DNA of 64,000 nucleotides, taken from assembly GCA_965208325.1 (NCBI GenBank), contig OZ242326.1:736001-800000 (forward strand), written 5' to 3'. A program made the position numbers and the translations under genes. The first letter of the stretch is position 1. Every line of letters starts with the position of its first letter. This document shows, piece by piece, positions 10,757 through 21,030 of the stretch. This DNA comes from Candidatus Poribacteria bacterium. Its GTDB lineage: Bacteria; Poribacteria; WGA-4E; PCPOR2b. The notes below the pieces were generated by a model that did no database searches, had not been told where the DNA came from, and saw only the letters and a program-made list of their open reading frames with translations.

Positions 10757-11668
10757 TTAATATCCCTCATCTGCTCGTGCTTGAACCCGCGAGCGGGTTG
10801 GCATGCGGTCTAACCGTACGCCTCCGGTTTGCTCAATCACAGATATTGCCGTAGCGCAGCCCCATTGCGCAGCTTTCAAAGGATCGGCACTTCGGAGATA
10901 TTCGGAAAGAAATCCCGCCATAAACGTATCGCCGCCGCCGGTTGTATCCATCACTTTACCGCGCAGTGGTGGAACATGCCATTGTTTACCAGCGCTATGC
11001 ACTAATGCACCCTTTGCGCCCATAGTAATTACGACGACGTTCGGTCCGGAATCCAACAACCGCATCGCCGCTTCAACCGGGTTATTCCAGCCGAAAATCG
11101 TCGCTGCGTCTTCATCCGAAGCTTTGACAATGTCAAAGTGTTCAGAAACCCCGCATGCCAATTCTGAAAGCGAAGCGACCGCATCGCGATTGACCTTGCT
11201 CATATGCACGCCGCCATAACCTCCAAGGTCCACCGCACTGGTTTCTCCTAGCTTAACGACATCGGCGATATCTTCTGGAACTACATCGTTATCCATCGGA
11301 CAAAGATAGATTAGACGGCATCCGTGGTAGGACTCAGGTATATCCGCTGCGTTAATTGGCGGCGCCTTGCTCGGATAGCGGATTTCTTTGTTTCCATTTT
11401 CGTCATAATTTAACTCGGTTGTCGTCGTTCGATCGCGGTTTTGCACCCCGGCGGTATCGACCCCTGCGTCAATTATGAGTTGCAGCAAATCTTGCGGCAT
11501 GTCAGGACCGATTTTGGTCGATATTCCTGTTGCCGTGCCCTGGCGGCTTGCTGCGACGGAGCAATAGGCTGGCGGACTCCCCAGAAAAGGTCCTTTGACG
11601 CCGTCGGGGAAGTATATCATCTCCGAAATCACATGACCGACGCAAACTAGATCAGGAGTTGAATCCAT
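10757..11668 (-). CDS. PfkB family carbohydrate kinase
   Basis: PfkB signature DTTGGGDTFMAGF; ITMGAKGAL. Confidence 0.92.
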   Translation of the reverse strand: MDSTPDLVCVGHVISEMIYFPDGVKGPFLGSPPAYCSVAASRQGTATGISTKIGPDMPQDLLQLIIDAGVDTAGVQNRDRTTTTELNYDENGNKEIRYPSKAPPINAADIPESYHGCRLIYLCPMDNDVVPEDIADVVKLGETSAVDLGGYGGVHMSKVNRDAVASLSELACGVSEHFDIVKASDEDAATIFGWNNPVEAAMRLLDSGPNVVVITMGAKGALVHSAGKQWHVPPLRGKVMDTTGGGDTFMAGFLSEYLRSADPLKAAQWGCATAISVIEQTGGVRLDRMPTRSRVQARADEGY

Positions 11669-11804
11669 TTATCACCGCGTTATTTGAATGCGCTGCCGAT
11701 AGAAAATAAGAAGTCTCACTAAAATATTATCAGTATTGTCAAACGTTGCCGCCGGATTCTGAGGCATAATATTTGGCTATGTTTTTGAGCGTGGTCAACG
11801 GTTT

Positions 11805-14111
11805 TCACGCCTTTGCTGCGCGCGCCACCCGGTCAACTAACTCACCGGGGGCGCAGAACGATTCAAGGGTGTGCCCAAGTACTGCAACCGGGAAACTGCA
11901 CAACATAGTGTTATGGTAATATTCAAGACCCCACCGGTGAAAGCCGCTTGGAGTCAACCCGCCAGGCATATCCCAAGCCATCTGCAAATCAATTACGAGT
12001 CGATGCCAGACGCGGTGCATTAGTTCCAAGCCTTGCGCACGATTCCCTTCATAGATGGCTACCATTGACGGTACATGTGTGGAATAGGACGGGTGAAGCC
12101 CGGTTGAATAGAAGCCTTCCGTATCCTCACCGCCGTCAGGCCGAATCGCGATTCTCACACCATGCGGCGTAATATTATGGCGCCATACTGTTTCGAGGAC
12201 CGACTTTACTCGGTTTTCCGGAAAAACGCCATCTAACCCATGAAGGTGCGTAAACCACTGTCCAATCAGTTGATCGGACAACACGGATTCCGAGCGTTTT
12301 CCGGTTTCCGGTTGGTGAAATAGCAAAAAGGACTCGGATGCTTGGTTCCAGAGTTTCTCCTCCATAGAGCGGCTTCCCTTTGAGATCCACGCGCGGCAAT
12401 CCTCGGCAAATGCGTTATCGCCCCGATGTGTTGCCATTCGCTCAACAATTCGCAAAGTAGCCAGCCAATATCCGGAAACATGAACGGCTGCACCCGCCAT
12501 TGTAGGCCAGTTGTCGTAATACTGATTGCTCCCTGCCACGTCAATTAGGCCGTCGTCGTCCTGATCCACTGTCTTCATGAAGTTCAACTGCGCCTTGACC
12601 GAATCATAATACTCTTCTAGGAAATCGTCCTCACCGGTAACCTGCCAATACCGATCGACCATATGAATATAAATCATCCCGTCCATCGGCAGCTGCTGGT
12701 CATACCAAGGCTGATCCGGCTCTGTACCCGAACCAAGGGTGGAAGGTACTTGCCCGTTCCGGCGTTGGTAGTGTTTAAATTGCCGCAGCTTATTGCGTGC
12801 CAAATCGGGAAAGAATATGTTCAGCGGCCATTCCCCAAACTCGTCGTTGGCGATACAAGACTGCTGAGGACAGGAGAGAAGGCTCTCATTCACGCAGAAA
12901 AGTCCGTCCTCACCCCACCAGTGATTCGGATCGAGGCTCTTAAGCCAGAAACTCTCCTGAGGTAGCACGGCAAACACGTTAATCAACGCATCTCTCAACC
13001 AGATTGGCAGCCTTTCGTCTGCGTAAATTATTTCTTGCCAAGCCAATATGCGTCCCAATAAAGCGTCGTGTTGCGCCGCTAAATGTTCCGCAACGTCCTG
13101 CGCACCTTGAAATCTCGCAGCGTACATGTGCTGGTATTCGTTGAGGGTTACTTCTTCCTTTCTGCCCATTGCACGCCAATAAGGGGCATACCAACTCAGC
13201 ACAAAGTTTACAGTCCGGTATTGCCCCGGTTGCAGCGCAAAATCGATCGCGACGCTAGCGCCCGCATCAGTTGATTCGGGCGTTGGAAGGATTCCGCCGA
13301 GAGCGTCCCAGCCACTCCCCTCCAGTTCACCGCCAATTCGTACGTCATTTTCCCCCGCCGCGCCAAGCGCATAACTGTACGGCATGTCTTCCCAGTTGGT
13401 GTCCACTGTGACACCTGTGAACACTCCCTCGACGTCTTGGCGATCGTATTCGACTTGACGGACAACGGGCTGTCTGAGGCCGTGCGCGTTAAACGCCATC
13501 TCTTCTCGGCGGGGACCATGAAAACTGAAACCAAGACTGCCCTCCTGTAATACGCCGCTAGTATTATTCAGGCAGACTTGAAACACCGCTCCGGGAACGT
13601 TGCAACTCACTCCATCTCTTGGAAAAAACGGCGCCCATGCCCGCAGATTGACGCCGATAGGTGCATCAATCTCATACTCCAAGTCCGCGACAGGATAATG
13701 CCCCCAATAATGGATTTGGCTAGCCGACTCAATCCCCTTTATCTGCTTCAATGAAAGAACGTAAGTTTTGTTTCCTACCGACAAACCTAGGAACGGCAAT
13801 TTTAAACTGGGGATATCGGATCTGTGGCGAGTAAAAATAACGAGTCCGTCGGTTCCGCCTCGGGCAGACGCAAGACGGTCACGCTCCAAGAATGCGTTAA
13901 AAATGGTACTGTAGTAGTTGAGCGTTCCATCTGTGCCCAGAGCAATTGCCCCAGTCCCTAAGCCGCCAAGCGGAACGCCCGGATCAACCTTAGCGTCGCG
14001 GACGATTACACCAGCCACCGGCCGCGCGTAGCCCTTTGCCTTGAATTCCACCCATTCCGGCCCGGGCAAGTCCGTAGGAAATAGTGGCATCTGTTTGACG
14101 CTGTTCGTCAT
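11805..14111 (-). CDS. GH116 family (non-lysosomal glucosylceramidase-like) glycoside hydrolase
   Basis: N-terminal GVPLGGLGTGAI, YWGHYPVADLEY, and an (alpha/alpha)6 region with DQDDDGL..NQYYD and SDQLIGQW. Confidence 0.82.
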   Translation of the reverse strand: MTNSVKQMPLFPTDLPGPEWVEFKAKGYARPVAGVIVRDAKVDPGVPLGGLGTGAIALGTDGTLNYYSTIFNAFLERDRLASARGGTDGLVIFTRHRSDIPSLKLPFLGLSVGNKTYVLSLKQIKGIESASQIHYWGHYPVADLEYEIDAPIGVNLRAWAPFFPRDGVSCNVPGAVFQVCLNNTSGVLQEGSLGFSFHGPRREEMAFNAHGLRQPVVRQVEYDRQDVEGVFTGVTVDTNWEDMPYSYALGAAGENDVRIGGELEGSGWDALGGILPTPESTDAGASVAIDFALQPGQYRTVNFVLSWYAPYWRAMGRKEEVTLNEYQHMYAARFQGAQDVAEHLAAQHDALLGRILAWQEIIYADERLPIWLRDALINVFAVLPQESFWLKSLDPNHWWGEDGLFCVNESLLSCPQQSCIANDEFGEWPLNIFFPDLARNKLRQFKHYQRRNGQVPSTLGSGTEPDQPWYDQQLPMDGMIYIHMVDRYWQVTGEDDFLEEYYDSVKAQLNFMKTVDQDDDGLIDVAGSNQYYDNWPTMAGAAVHVSGYWLATLRIVERMATHRGDNAFAEDCRAWISKGSRSMEEKLWNQASESFLLFHQPETGKRSESVLSDQLIGQWFTHLHGLDGVFPENRVKSVLETVWRHNITPHGVRIAIRPDGGEDTEGFYSTGLHPSYSTHVPSMVAIYEGNRAQGLELMHRVWHRLVIDLQMAWDMPGGLTPSGFHRWGLEYYHNTMLCSFPVAVLGHTLESFCAPGELVDRVARAAKA

Positions 14112-14147
14112 ATTTTCATGTCCTTCTGAATCTATTGGCGTTGGTTG

Positions 14148-14957
14148 TTAGTAATTGCGCGCCGCTGCCGCGGCGCTATAGATGCTATTTTGGGCGGGCA
14201 CCCGGCGAATGTCGGAGTAGGTGACTACCTTGCAGAGTTCCCGGCCGCCATCCATCACCGGCGTCGGCTTGCGCAGTATAAATTCCGCAATATCGAAGGC
14301 ATTGTAGCACACAAACGCCACAGAAAACCGTTCGATTGAACGCTCGGAAGAACAAGTTAAGTCCGGGAACGGAAGCGGACCTGAATCTACCTGGAACAAT
14401 TCATGCTCCCGGTTAATATTCATCGTCTTAATTGGGTATTCAATTATCGCACGAACGCTCGTCACTTCGTTCCAAATCGTGGTCCGACCTATCAGCGCTT
14501 CATTCGCTTGGGTCGATTGGATTATCTGCTCTGAATTCACGAGAGTTTGGATTACCGGGTGCGTCCGTATTGAAAGGTTAAAGTCCGTAAACCAATCCTG
14601 GATGAGGAATGCGGTGTGCTTTACTTTATTATCGGTAATGCCATACCCGACATTAAGGAATTCAGATTCTGACCAAATGGCGCAGTATTCGCCGCTTGGA
14701 AACTGAAAGAGTGTGTCTGAGCGGTACATCCATTCGGTACGGCAGGGGGTAATTAGAAAGAACTCCTCCGAAGCCCCGTCCTCTTCATTTATAATTTTGC
14801 AGCGGGCATCCAGTTGAATTCGCGCACTGTTGCGAATGTGCATGTGTCCCGGTGTTCGCTCGTCATCGGGATTGGGTTCGACAACCCAAGTCATATACGA
14901 ATTGTAAAAATCGCAAATGTCCATGGCGAATCGCGGTTCCCGTGTAGCAAGGCGCAA
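14148..14957 (-). CDS. Hypothetical protein (start may be ATG 14924)
   Basis: 269-aa ORF co-oriented and closely spaced with the GH116 gene; no recognised motif. Confidence 0.65.
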   Translation of the reverse strand: MRLATREPRFAMDICDFYNSYMTWVVEPNPDDERTPGHMHIRNSARIQLDARCKIINEEDGASEEFFLITPCRTEWMYRSDTLFQFPSGEYCAIWSESEFLNVGYGITDNKVKHTAFLIQDWFTDFNLSIRTHPVIQTLVNSEQIIQSTQANEALIGRTTIWNEVTSVRAIIEYPIKTMNINREHELFQVDSGPLPFPDLTCSSERSIERFSVAFVCYNAFDIAEFILRKPTPVMDGGRELCKVVTYSDIRRVPAQNSIYSAAAAARNY

Positions 14958-15024
14958 TTTTTAACCGTAGATGGGTCGTAAGTGAAACCGAGACAGGCAA
15001 TGAGTGCATGACACAATAATGAAG

Positions 15025-15072
15025 AAAAGGTCGGCGCGCGCACAAACGTAACGTGCGGGCCGACCCTTTTTT
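15025..15072. terminator. Probable bidirectional intrinsic terminator
   Basis: AAAAGGTCGGC...GCCGACCCTTTTTT, a GC stem with A/T tracts on both sides. Confidence 0.6.
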
Positions 15073-15189
15073 ATTCGGTGTCATCTAAAACTCAACTCAT
15101 GGAATCGCGGCAATCGCGATGCGACTGCATTAGCTGCCGCGGTCAAACCCATAACCTTGAAAGATTCCGCGTGTATTGAGTCGGAAAGA

Positions 15190-16050
15190 TTACTGTTTTT
15201 TGAGTCGAGCCCAAGTGGTGACGAGTTTAGACCTCGCCTCAACAGAAGTGAGTGATGCCAAGTTTGTGCTAGCAAGTTCGGCAATTTCATCAGCAGAAAG
15301 TGCGCGGTCAAAAAGCGCTACATCATCGATCATACCGTCAATGAATTTGTAATTGTCGACTTCACCCCCGTGTCCTCGTGATGTCCCCAAGTAAATTGGG
15401 TGATCCGGGAAAACGGCGTAAGGAGCTGTCAATGTAACGGGCTCCATACCCGAGCGGTGATGGAACCCCCAAGTAACATCAGCCGGAACTCCGTTAAGGA
15501 ATGCCTGCAGCGTTTGTCCGTTTGCAACTTGCGCCATGTGTATCCAGGTGTTCAGTTCGTACGAATTATCGACGTTTAACCACCCTTCCGCATTGTGCGC
15601 ATCCGGTTCTTGCTCGCCGTCGACAGCCCCCTTAATATTGTTGGAACCATATGAAAGACTAGTGTCGTTAGAGGTAATCAATCGTATGTGAAAGTGCGGC
15701 CCCCATCCGACTTTTTCGCCCTTAAACATGATGCCGCCGTGATCGCCGGAGGCTCTAATGAACGCCCGCACGGCGTGCGTGAATGCGTTTTCCATCGCAT
15801 CCATAGTAGGATGGTGCGGTATTTCCGCGTAGGCATCGACGCCGTTGACATCAAGGGCGCGTCCGTGCATGCCGTCGGAATAACCGGCGCGGCCCACTAA
15901 TTTGCCGTTAGCGTTTCCCATCAAATCATTTACGTTGTCGCCCTCAAATGTCCACGCAGAAATTAGGCCGTCCGTCAAGGCAGCCGAAGCGACGCTAGTC
16001 ACAACGCAAAATAGCAAAATCACAAAGATTCGAGTATACAAACGTAACAT
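15190..16050 (-). CDS. Secreted LamG-like jellyroll protein
   Basis: Signal peptide, GLISAWTFE, GMIDDVALFDRAL; tail VEARSKLVTTWARLK. Confidence 0.85.
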   Translation of the reverse strand: MLRLYTRIFVILLFCVVTSVASAALTDGLISAWTFEGDNVNDLMGNANGKLVGRAGYSDGMHGRALDVNGVDAYAEIPHHPTMDAMENAFTHAVRAFIRASGDHGGIMFKGEKVGWGPHFHIRLITSNDTSLSYGSNNIKGAVDGEQEPDAHNAEGWLNVDNSYELNTWIHMAQVANGQTLQAFLNGVPADVTWGFHHRSGMEPVTLTAPYAVFPDHPIYLGTSRGHGGEVDNYKFIDGMIDDVALFDRALSADEIAELASTNLASLTSVEARSKLVTTWARLKKQ

Positions 16051-16406
16051 TATTAATCTCCTTATTTGGAAGTGTAAATACTAAACTTAAAGTGAATTCT
16101 TTCAAATTCACGCGTCGTAAATCATTAATTGCGCTCGACTTTGGATTCAACACAATTTTGTGCAAACCGTTAATGATTGCACCAGTATTAAAATCAACTT
16201 GGATGTTGCTTCCCTGCAGTCTCCGGTTTCGCGTTAACCGTACAAGCTTTTTCCCAGAATCCGCAAGCTGTTGAGGCGGAATGCCATTTTATCACGCAAG
16301 TGACCTATGATTCACCTCCTTATTCCGATTTGTTCAGTACACCACTCAAATTGAATTGTGGCAATTTGCCGCTAATCCACGGTCTACCATGCAATTTTTC
16401 GTTCCC

Positions 16407-17441
16407 CTAACGCTCATGTTTTACTGCCAGTTTCATCTTTCCCCAAATTGCCGTTAGCTTGGCAGCCGGTGAAACTGAAAACGCAATCCGCGGATCGAAC
16501 CATGCGGGATACAGGTCATTTGATGCATTATTCGTTAGGTTGGTTGGGTTGCCCCCATCAGCGTCCATCACGTAAATTTCTACGTCTCCATCACGCAGAG
16601 AGGAAAATGCTATTCGCCTGCCGTCCGGTGACCATGCAGGATAATCGTCCCAACTGAATTCATTGGTCAGGTTCGTGGGATTCCCGCCGTCAGCGGCGTC
16701 GATTATGTATATTTCATTGTTAAAGTCCCGGGTCGCCGAAAAAGCAATCTTCAGGCCGGTTCGCGTCTGCCAGGCAGGATTTCTGTCATCGTTGGGATCG
16801 TCCGTCAGACGCTTTTGATTTTCACCATTCGCATCCATGGAATAGATTTCAAAATTTCCATCCCTACTGCTAGCCCAAGCAATCTTTTTCCCGTCGGGCG
16901 ACCAAGTAGGTTCCATATCCTGATCTTTATGCTTCGTAACTCGAAAAGTGTTTTCCTGATCACCAAATTCAGCAATTTCCCAAGGAGCGAAATCACCGTC
17001 CAGCGCCCTGACAACCCAAAGGTCGAAATTCCAGCCTTCATTAACATTTGCGTGGACGAATGCTATCCACTCACCGTCAGGCGACCAAGACGGTGTCAGG
17101 TCTCGCACGCCAGCAGTCAGTTTGCGGCTCTCCTTCCCTCCAGAATCCATAATGTGAATATGCTCCCAGTGCCCCCCTCGATTTGAGGCGAACACGATTC
17201 GCGTTCCATCCGGCGACCACGAAGGCGATAGGTCCCGAGCGCTGTCCTTCGTTAATTTTTTCGGATTCTGCCCGTCGACGTCCATTATCCAAATCTCTTC
17301 GTTCTTGCTTCTGTCGGATTCGAAAACGATTACGGCTCTATCGGGCGGTTCTTGCGCAACGCCGTGCATCGTCGAAAGACACACCGCCATCGCAATTGTA
17401 ACATATTGCCCAATGTACAGTAGCATGTTACGGTGATGCAT
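16407..17441 (-). CDS. Secreted TolB-like PD40 beta-propeller protein
   Basis: Repeated PxWSPDG..IAF.S.RDG..EIY.MD blades; tail VSPAAKLTAIWGKMK. Confidence 0.88.
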   Translation of the reverse strand: MHHRNMLLYIGQYVTIAMAVCLSTMHGVAQEPPDRAVIVFESDRSKNEEIWIMDVDGQNPKKLTKDSARDLSPSWSPDGTRIVFASNRGGHWEHIHIMDSGGKESRKLTAGVRDLTPSWSPDGEWIAFVHANVNEGWNFDLWVVRALDGDFAPWEIAEFGDQENTFRVTKHKDQDMEPTWSPDGKKIAWASSRDGNFEIYSMDANGENQKRLTDDPNDDRNPAWQTRTGLKIAFSATRDFNNEIYIIDAADGGNPTNLTNEFSWDDYPAWSPDGRRIAFSSLRDGDVEIYVMDADGGNPTNLTNNASNDLYPAWFDPRIAFSVSPAAKLTAIWGKMKLAVKHER

Positions 17442-17511
17442 GTGATCCCCCTTTGCATCTGCTCAATGTATTTAAATGACCACTCCCGCCGCTACATGGG
17501 TTCTTTACCGC

Positions 17512-18516
17512 CTATAGCTTGCTTGTTACCCACTTGACTTTGCCCCAAGTAGTTGTAACTTTGTCGGCAGGAGACACCGAGAATGCAACAACTGGGTCAA
17601 ACCAAGCTGGGTTGGCGTTGAATACATCTTCAGTGTTAGTCAGGTTGGTCGGATTTCCGCCGTCCGCATCCATCACAAAGATTTCTCCGTTGCCATCCCT
17701 CAGCGTCGCAAAGGCAATCTTACTGCCGTTCGGTGACCACTCTGGAAAATCGTCCCAATTAAAGTCATTCGTCAAATTTGTTTGGTTGCCTCCATCGACA
17801 TCCATAACGTAGACTTCATTGTTGAAGTCGCGAGTCGACGAAAAGGCAATCTTCCGCCCGATTTTCGGCTGCCATGCCGGCGATTTATCGTCTCCAGGGT
17901 CGTTTGTAAGCCTTTTTTCATTCTCGCCGCCGGCATCCATCACATAAATCTCAAAGTTGCCATTCCGATTTGTTGACCAAACAATCTTCTTGCCGTCTGG
18001 CGACCAATCAGGCTCAACGTCCGTGTCCCCGTGCTGTGTCAACTGCAACGGCTCGACGCCTATATCTCCGTGCTCAACATCTACGAGATAGATTTCGTAG
18101 TTCCATTCCGCGGCCCGAGGAGATCCGATAAGAATGGAAGCGCCGTCCGGCGACCACCTCGGCCCCTTGTCCTGTGCGCCATTTTCGGTCAACCTACGCA
18201 CGTCTTTACCTGCGTTGGACATTATAAACACATCTTCAAAGTGCGCCGCACGATTGGACATGAAAGCAATCCATTCACCATCTGGAGACCAAGCCGGTTC
18301 TGCGTCTTCCCTTTTGTCCTTTGTCAACCGAACCGGATTTCCTCCATTCGCATCCATAATGTAAATTTCGCTGTTGCCATCTCGATTTGATTCAAAGGCT
18401 ATTTTAGCTACATTGGGTGGATCCGCAAATAAACCAGCCTCGAAAATGAGCATAACAATTAAGAACATGCTGCAAGGCCATCGGTATCCGACTTTTCCAC
18501 GCGGTAACATCCTCAA
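17512..18516 (-). CDS. Secreted TolB-like PD40 beta-propeller protein (tandem paralog)
   Basis: Same PD40 blades and long shared stretches with 16407-17441; tail VSPADKVTTTWGKVK. Confidence 0.88.
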   Translation of the reverse strand: MRMLPRGKVGYRWPCSMFLIVMLIFEAGLFADPPNVAKIAFESNRDGNSEIYIMDANGGNPVRLTKDKREDAEPAWSPDGEWIAFMSNRAAHFEDVFIMSNAGKDVRRLTENGAQDKGPRWSPDGASILIGSPRAAEWNYEIYLVDVEHGDIGVEPLQLTQHGDTDVEPDWSPDGKKIVWSTNRNGNFEIYVMDAGGENEKRLTNDPGDDKSPAWQPKIGRKIAFSSTRDFNNEVYVMDVDGGNQTNLTNDFNWDDFPEWSPNGSKIAFATLRDGNGEIFVMDADGGNPTNLTNTEDVFNANPAWFDPVVAFSVSPADKVTTTWGKVKWVTSKL

Positions 18517-18772
18517 CAGCCCTTTCGTGATATGCTATTACAATTCTCGAATGCCATTCCGGTGTACCGACTTGCAAAGTGTTCGCGCCAGACAAAATCC
18601 ATGATAATTGGTGAGTAGCCGAAGCTGCCAGAATTTGGAGGAACTGAATGCCGCAAAATTCTGACAGTTTCGACGCTATTGATTTTACGATAGGTTAACT
18701 GTAACGCCGTCCCCTTACAGGTCTGATACCTGAATACGGCGAGCCATCGTTGCAATTGCATACTCACATGTC

Positions 18773-19576
18773 CTAATCTCGCCGCGACTTGACATAGCCC
18801 CAACTCGTGGGCAATTTGCCCCCGGGTTGAACACTTAATGGGATGCCGCTCATGAATTCATTGATGTCGTCCTCTGATAGTGCCGCCTTAAAAAGAGCGA
18901 CTTCATCAATCAATCCGCCAAACGGCTCCCCAATAGCAATATGTGACCGTTCGCCAATCATAAATAGCGGGTCTCCAACGAATTGTATTTCTCCTTTGCG
19001 ATCTTTGTGATTTGCAACTTCTTCACCGTTCACGTACGAGATTGCCTCGTCGCCGGTAAACACAAATGCGAGATGAGTCCATTCTTTCGAGGCAATCTGT
19101 CCGGAGTCGTACTCACGGTCCTTCGCCACACCGCCTTCCACCAAATTAAGCCACGTCGCCATAGCACCGCCTCGAACTCCGATTTGATGCCCGACCCAAG
19201 GGTCGTCCCATTGCGCTTGATCGTCGTGCGGAACACCTGCGACATATTGAGTCGGTCCCGAGTCATCCGGATTTGCCCATGCCATCAGTGTCAAGTTCTG
19301 AGAAATGCGTAAATCGGCCGAGTTTGCAATCTGTACGGCATTCCCATCTTTTTTCAAAAACTTGACGGCGCCCTTGGGGCCCTCAATCGGCGCGCCGTCA
19401 TTCTTTACGAGTGCGGCGACGCCTTTCATCTGGCCGTCATGCCCGTTTCCGGTTGCGTCTTTCGGATCGCCGTCAAATTTCCAGTACGCTACGAGATCGT
19501 CAACCTGCGAAATCCCCGCGACTGGCATTGCCATCGATAGACTCAAGATGGCTAATGTAACTACAAGAAATTTCAT
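18773..19576 (-). CDS. Secreted LamG-like jellyroll protein
   Basis: Signal peptide, LVAYWKFDG, WDDPWVGHQIG, GLIDEVALF; tail VQPGGKLPTSWGYVK. Confidence 0.85.
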   Translation of the reverse strand: MKFLVVTLAILSLSMAMPVAGISQVDDLVAYWKFDGDPKDATGNGHDGQMKGVAALVKNDGAPIEGPKGAVKFLKKDGNAVQIANSADLRISQNLTLMAWANPDDSGPTQYVAGVPHDDQAQWDDPWVGHQIGVRGGAMATWLNLVEGGVAKDREYDSGQIASKEWTHLAFVFTGDEAISYVNGEEVANHKDRKGEIQFVGDPLFMIGERSHIAIGEPFGGLIDEVALFKAALSEDDINEFMSGIPLSVQPGGKLPTSWGYVKSRRD

Positions 19577-19688
19577 TATTGCTGATTCCTCCTACCTAAG
19601 ATATGTGTGTTACGTACTCAACCTTCGGTGGTTATTTTTACCCGAGTCGAAGGTTGAATTTATTTTACGAAATAGGAACACGACAGGG

Positions 19689-20471
19689 TTAACGGTCCCG
19701 CTTCAGGTCGCCCCAGGTAGCGGCTAATTTACCTGTCATTTCCACTGCGCCGCCAGGCTCGATTCCATCCATGTCTGCTTGGATTTGTTCTGGGCTTCTT
19801 ACGCCGTTCCACAGTGCAACTTCGTCAATAGCACCCTTGAAAAATTCGCCCATAGCTTCTTTCGATCGAACACCGACCACGAAACTCGGTGAACCCCCGT
19901 ATGTAGTTTCGCCATCGCGGTCACCATAGTTGGCAACCTCCTCACCATTGACGTAGGAAATGGCTGAGTCCCCATCAAATGTAAATGCTATGTGAGTCCA
20001 GACACCGGATTCAATTGATCCCGAGTCGTATTCGCGATCTACGCCAGCGATGCTCACCCATGTTGCCATTGCGCCGCCGCGAACGCCAATTTGCTGACCG
20101 ACCCAGGGATCGTCCCATTCAGCGCCATCATCAAAAGGCGTTCCACAAGCGAATTGAGTAGGACCCGCATCTTCGGAATTGACCCATGCTTCAAGTGTGA
20201 CGTTATTTGCAATTTGGAACATGTCGGAATTCCCGGCATCAATGAAGTCGTCTGCACCATCAAACTGAACAGCGCCGCCCATCGGGCCCGATGTCCTAGC
20301 AACGCCGTTCATCAGAGTACCATGATTCCCGTTGCCGCTACCATCCATAGCCGTATCACCGGAACCCTCTTCAAAGTTGAAATACAGCACTAAATCTTGG
20401 GCGACTCCAATAGAGGTAAAACCCGCCGCCAACAACGCTGCAAGTGCAAGCGTTAAACTCAAATTTCTCAT
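19689..20471 (-). CDS. Secreted LamG-like jellyroll protein
   Basis: Signal peptide, LVLYFNFEEGSG, WDDPWVGQQIG, GAIDEVALWN; tail VEMTGKLAATWGDLK. Confidence 0.85.
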   Translation of the reverse strand: MRNLSLTLALAALLAAGFTSIGVAQDLVLYFNFEEGSGDTAMDGSGNGNHGTLMNGVARTSGPMGGAVQFDGADDFIDAGNSDMFQIANNVTLEAWVNSEDAGPTQFACGTPFDDGAEWDDPWVGQQIGVRGGAMATWVSIAGVDREYDSGSIESGVWTHIAFTFDGDSAISYVNGEEVANYGDRDGETTYGGSPSFVVGVRSKEAMGEFFKGAIDEVALWNGVRSPEQIQADMDGIEPGGAVEMTGKLAATWGDLKRDR

Positions 20472-20766
20472 TCAAATTCTCCTAGTCTAATTTTAATGTT
20501 TTCAGAATTTTCAGTGTCATCTGTGAATCTACTATTATACTAATTTTCAAAAAAAAATCCAAGAAAAATATTGAGCGTTGGACATACGCAGATTGACATC
20601 CAAATTTTGGAACGCGGGTTACGGCATACGGCACATGCCAACCGCCTTTTCGATGAGAAGTGTCTGATGCCTAATGGCTTGAACAGATCCAATAATGACG
20701 GACGCACGTAGAATTTTAAAGCCTTGTGAGAGAAGTTTTTGGACGGTTACATGTCACAAATTTTCG

Positions 20767-20795
20767 TTGCAGGCGCCATTCAGGTATGCTATAAT
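20767..20795 (+). promoter_or_regulatory. Putative sigma-70 promoter upstream of the ppa-like/mtnA genes
   Basis: TTGCAG-17nt-TATAAT with a TGc extension. Confidence 0.5.
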
Positions 20796-21030
20796 GTGAT
20801 AAAATGAAAATTAATTTACAGTCTTAATCCCGATACGCTATTTCATAATAGGAGGTGTGGCAAAAAGGCAATTATTTTTAGTCCAATTAACGTGTAGGAA
20901 CCGGAATTCTCGTTAAGAAATGCTGCTATATTTCAACTGAAGAACGGTTGATATTTTTTCTTGAATTTTTCAGATCTCATAGGCCGAGAATACCAAAACT
21001 AACTGTTAGCTACAATAGAAGGTAATAAAG

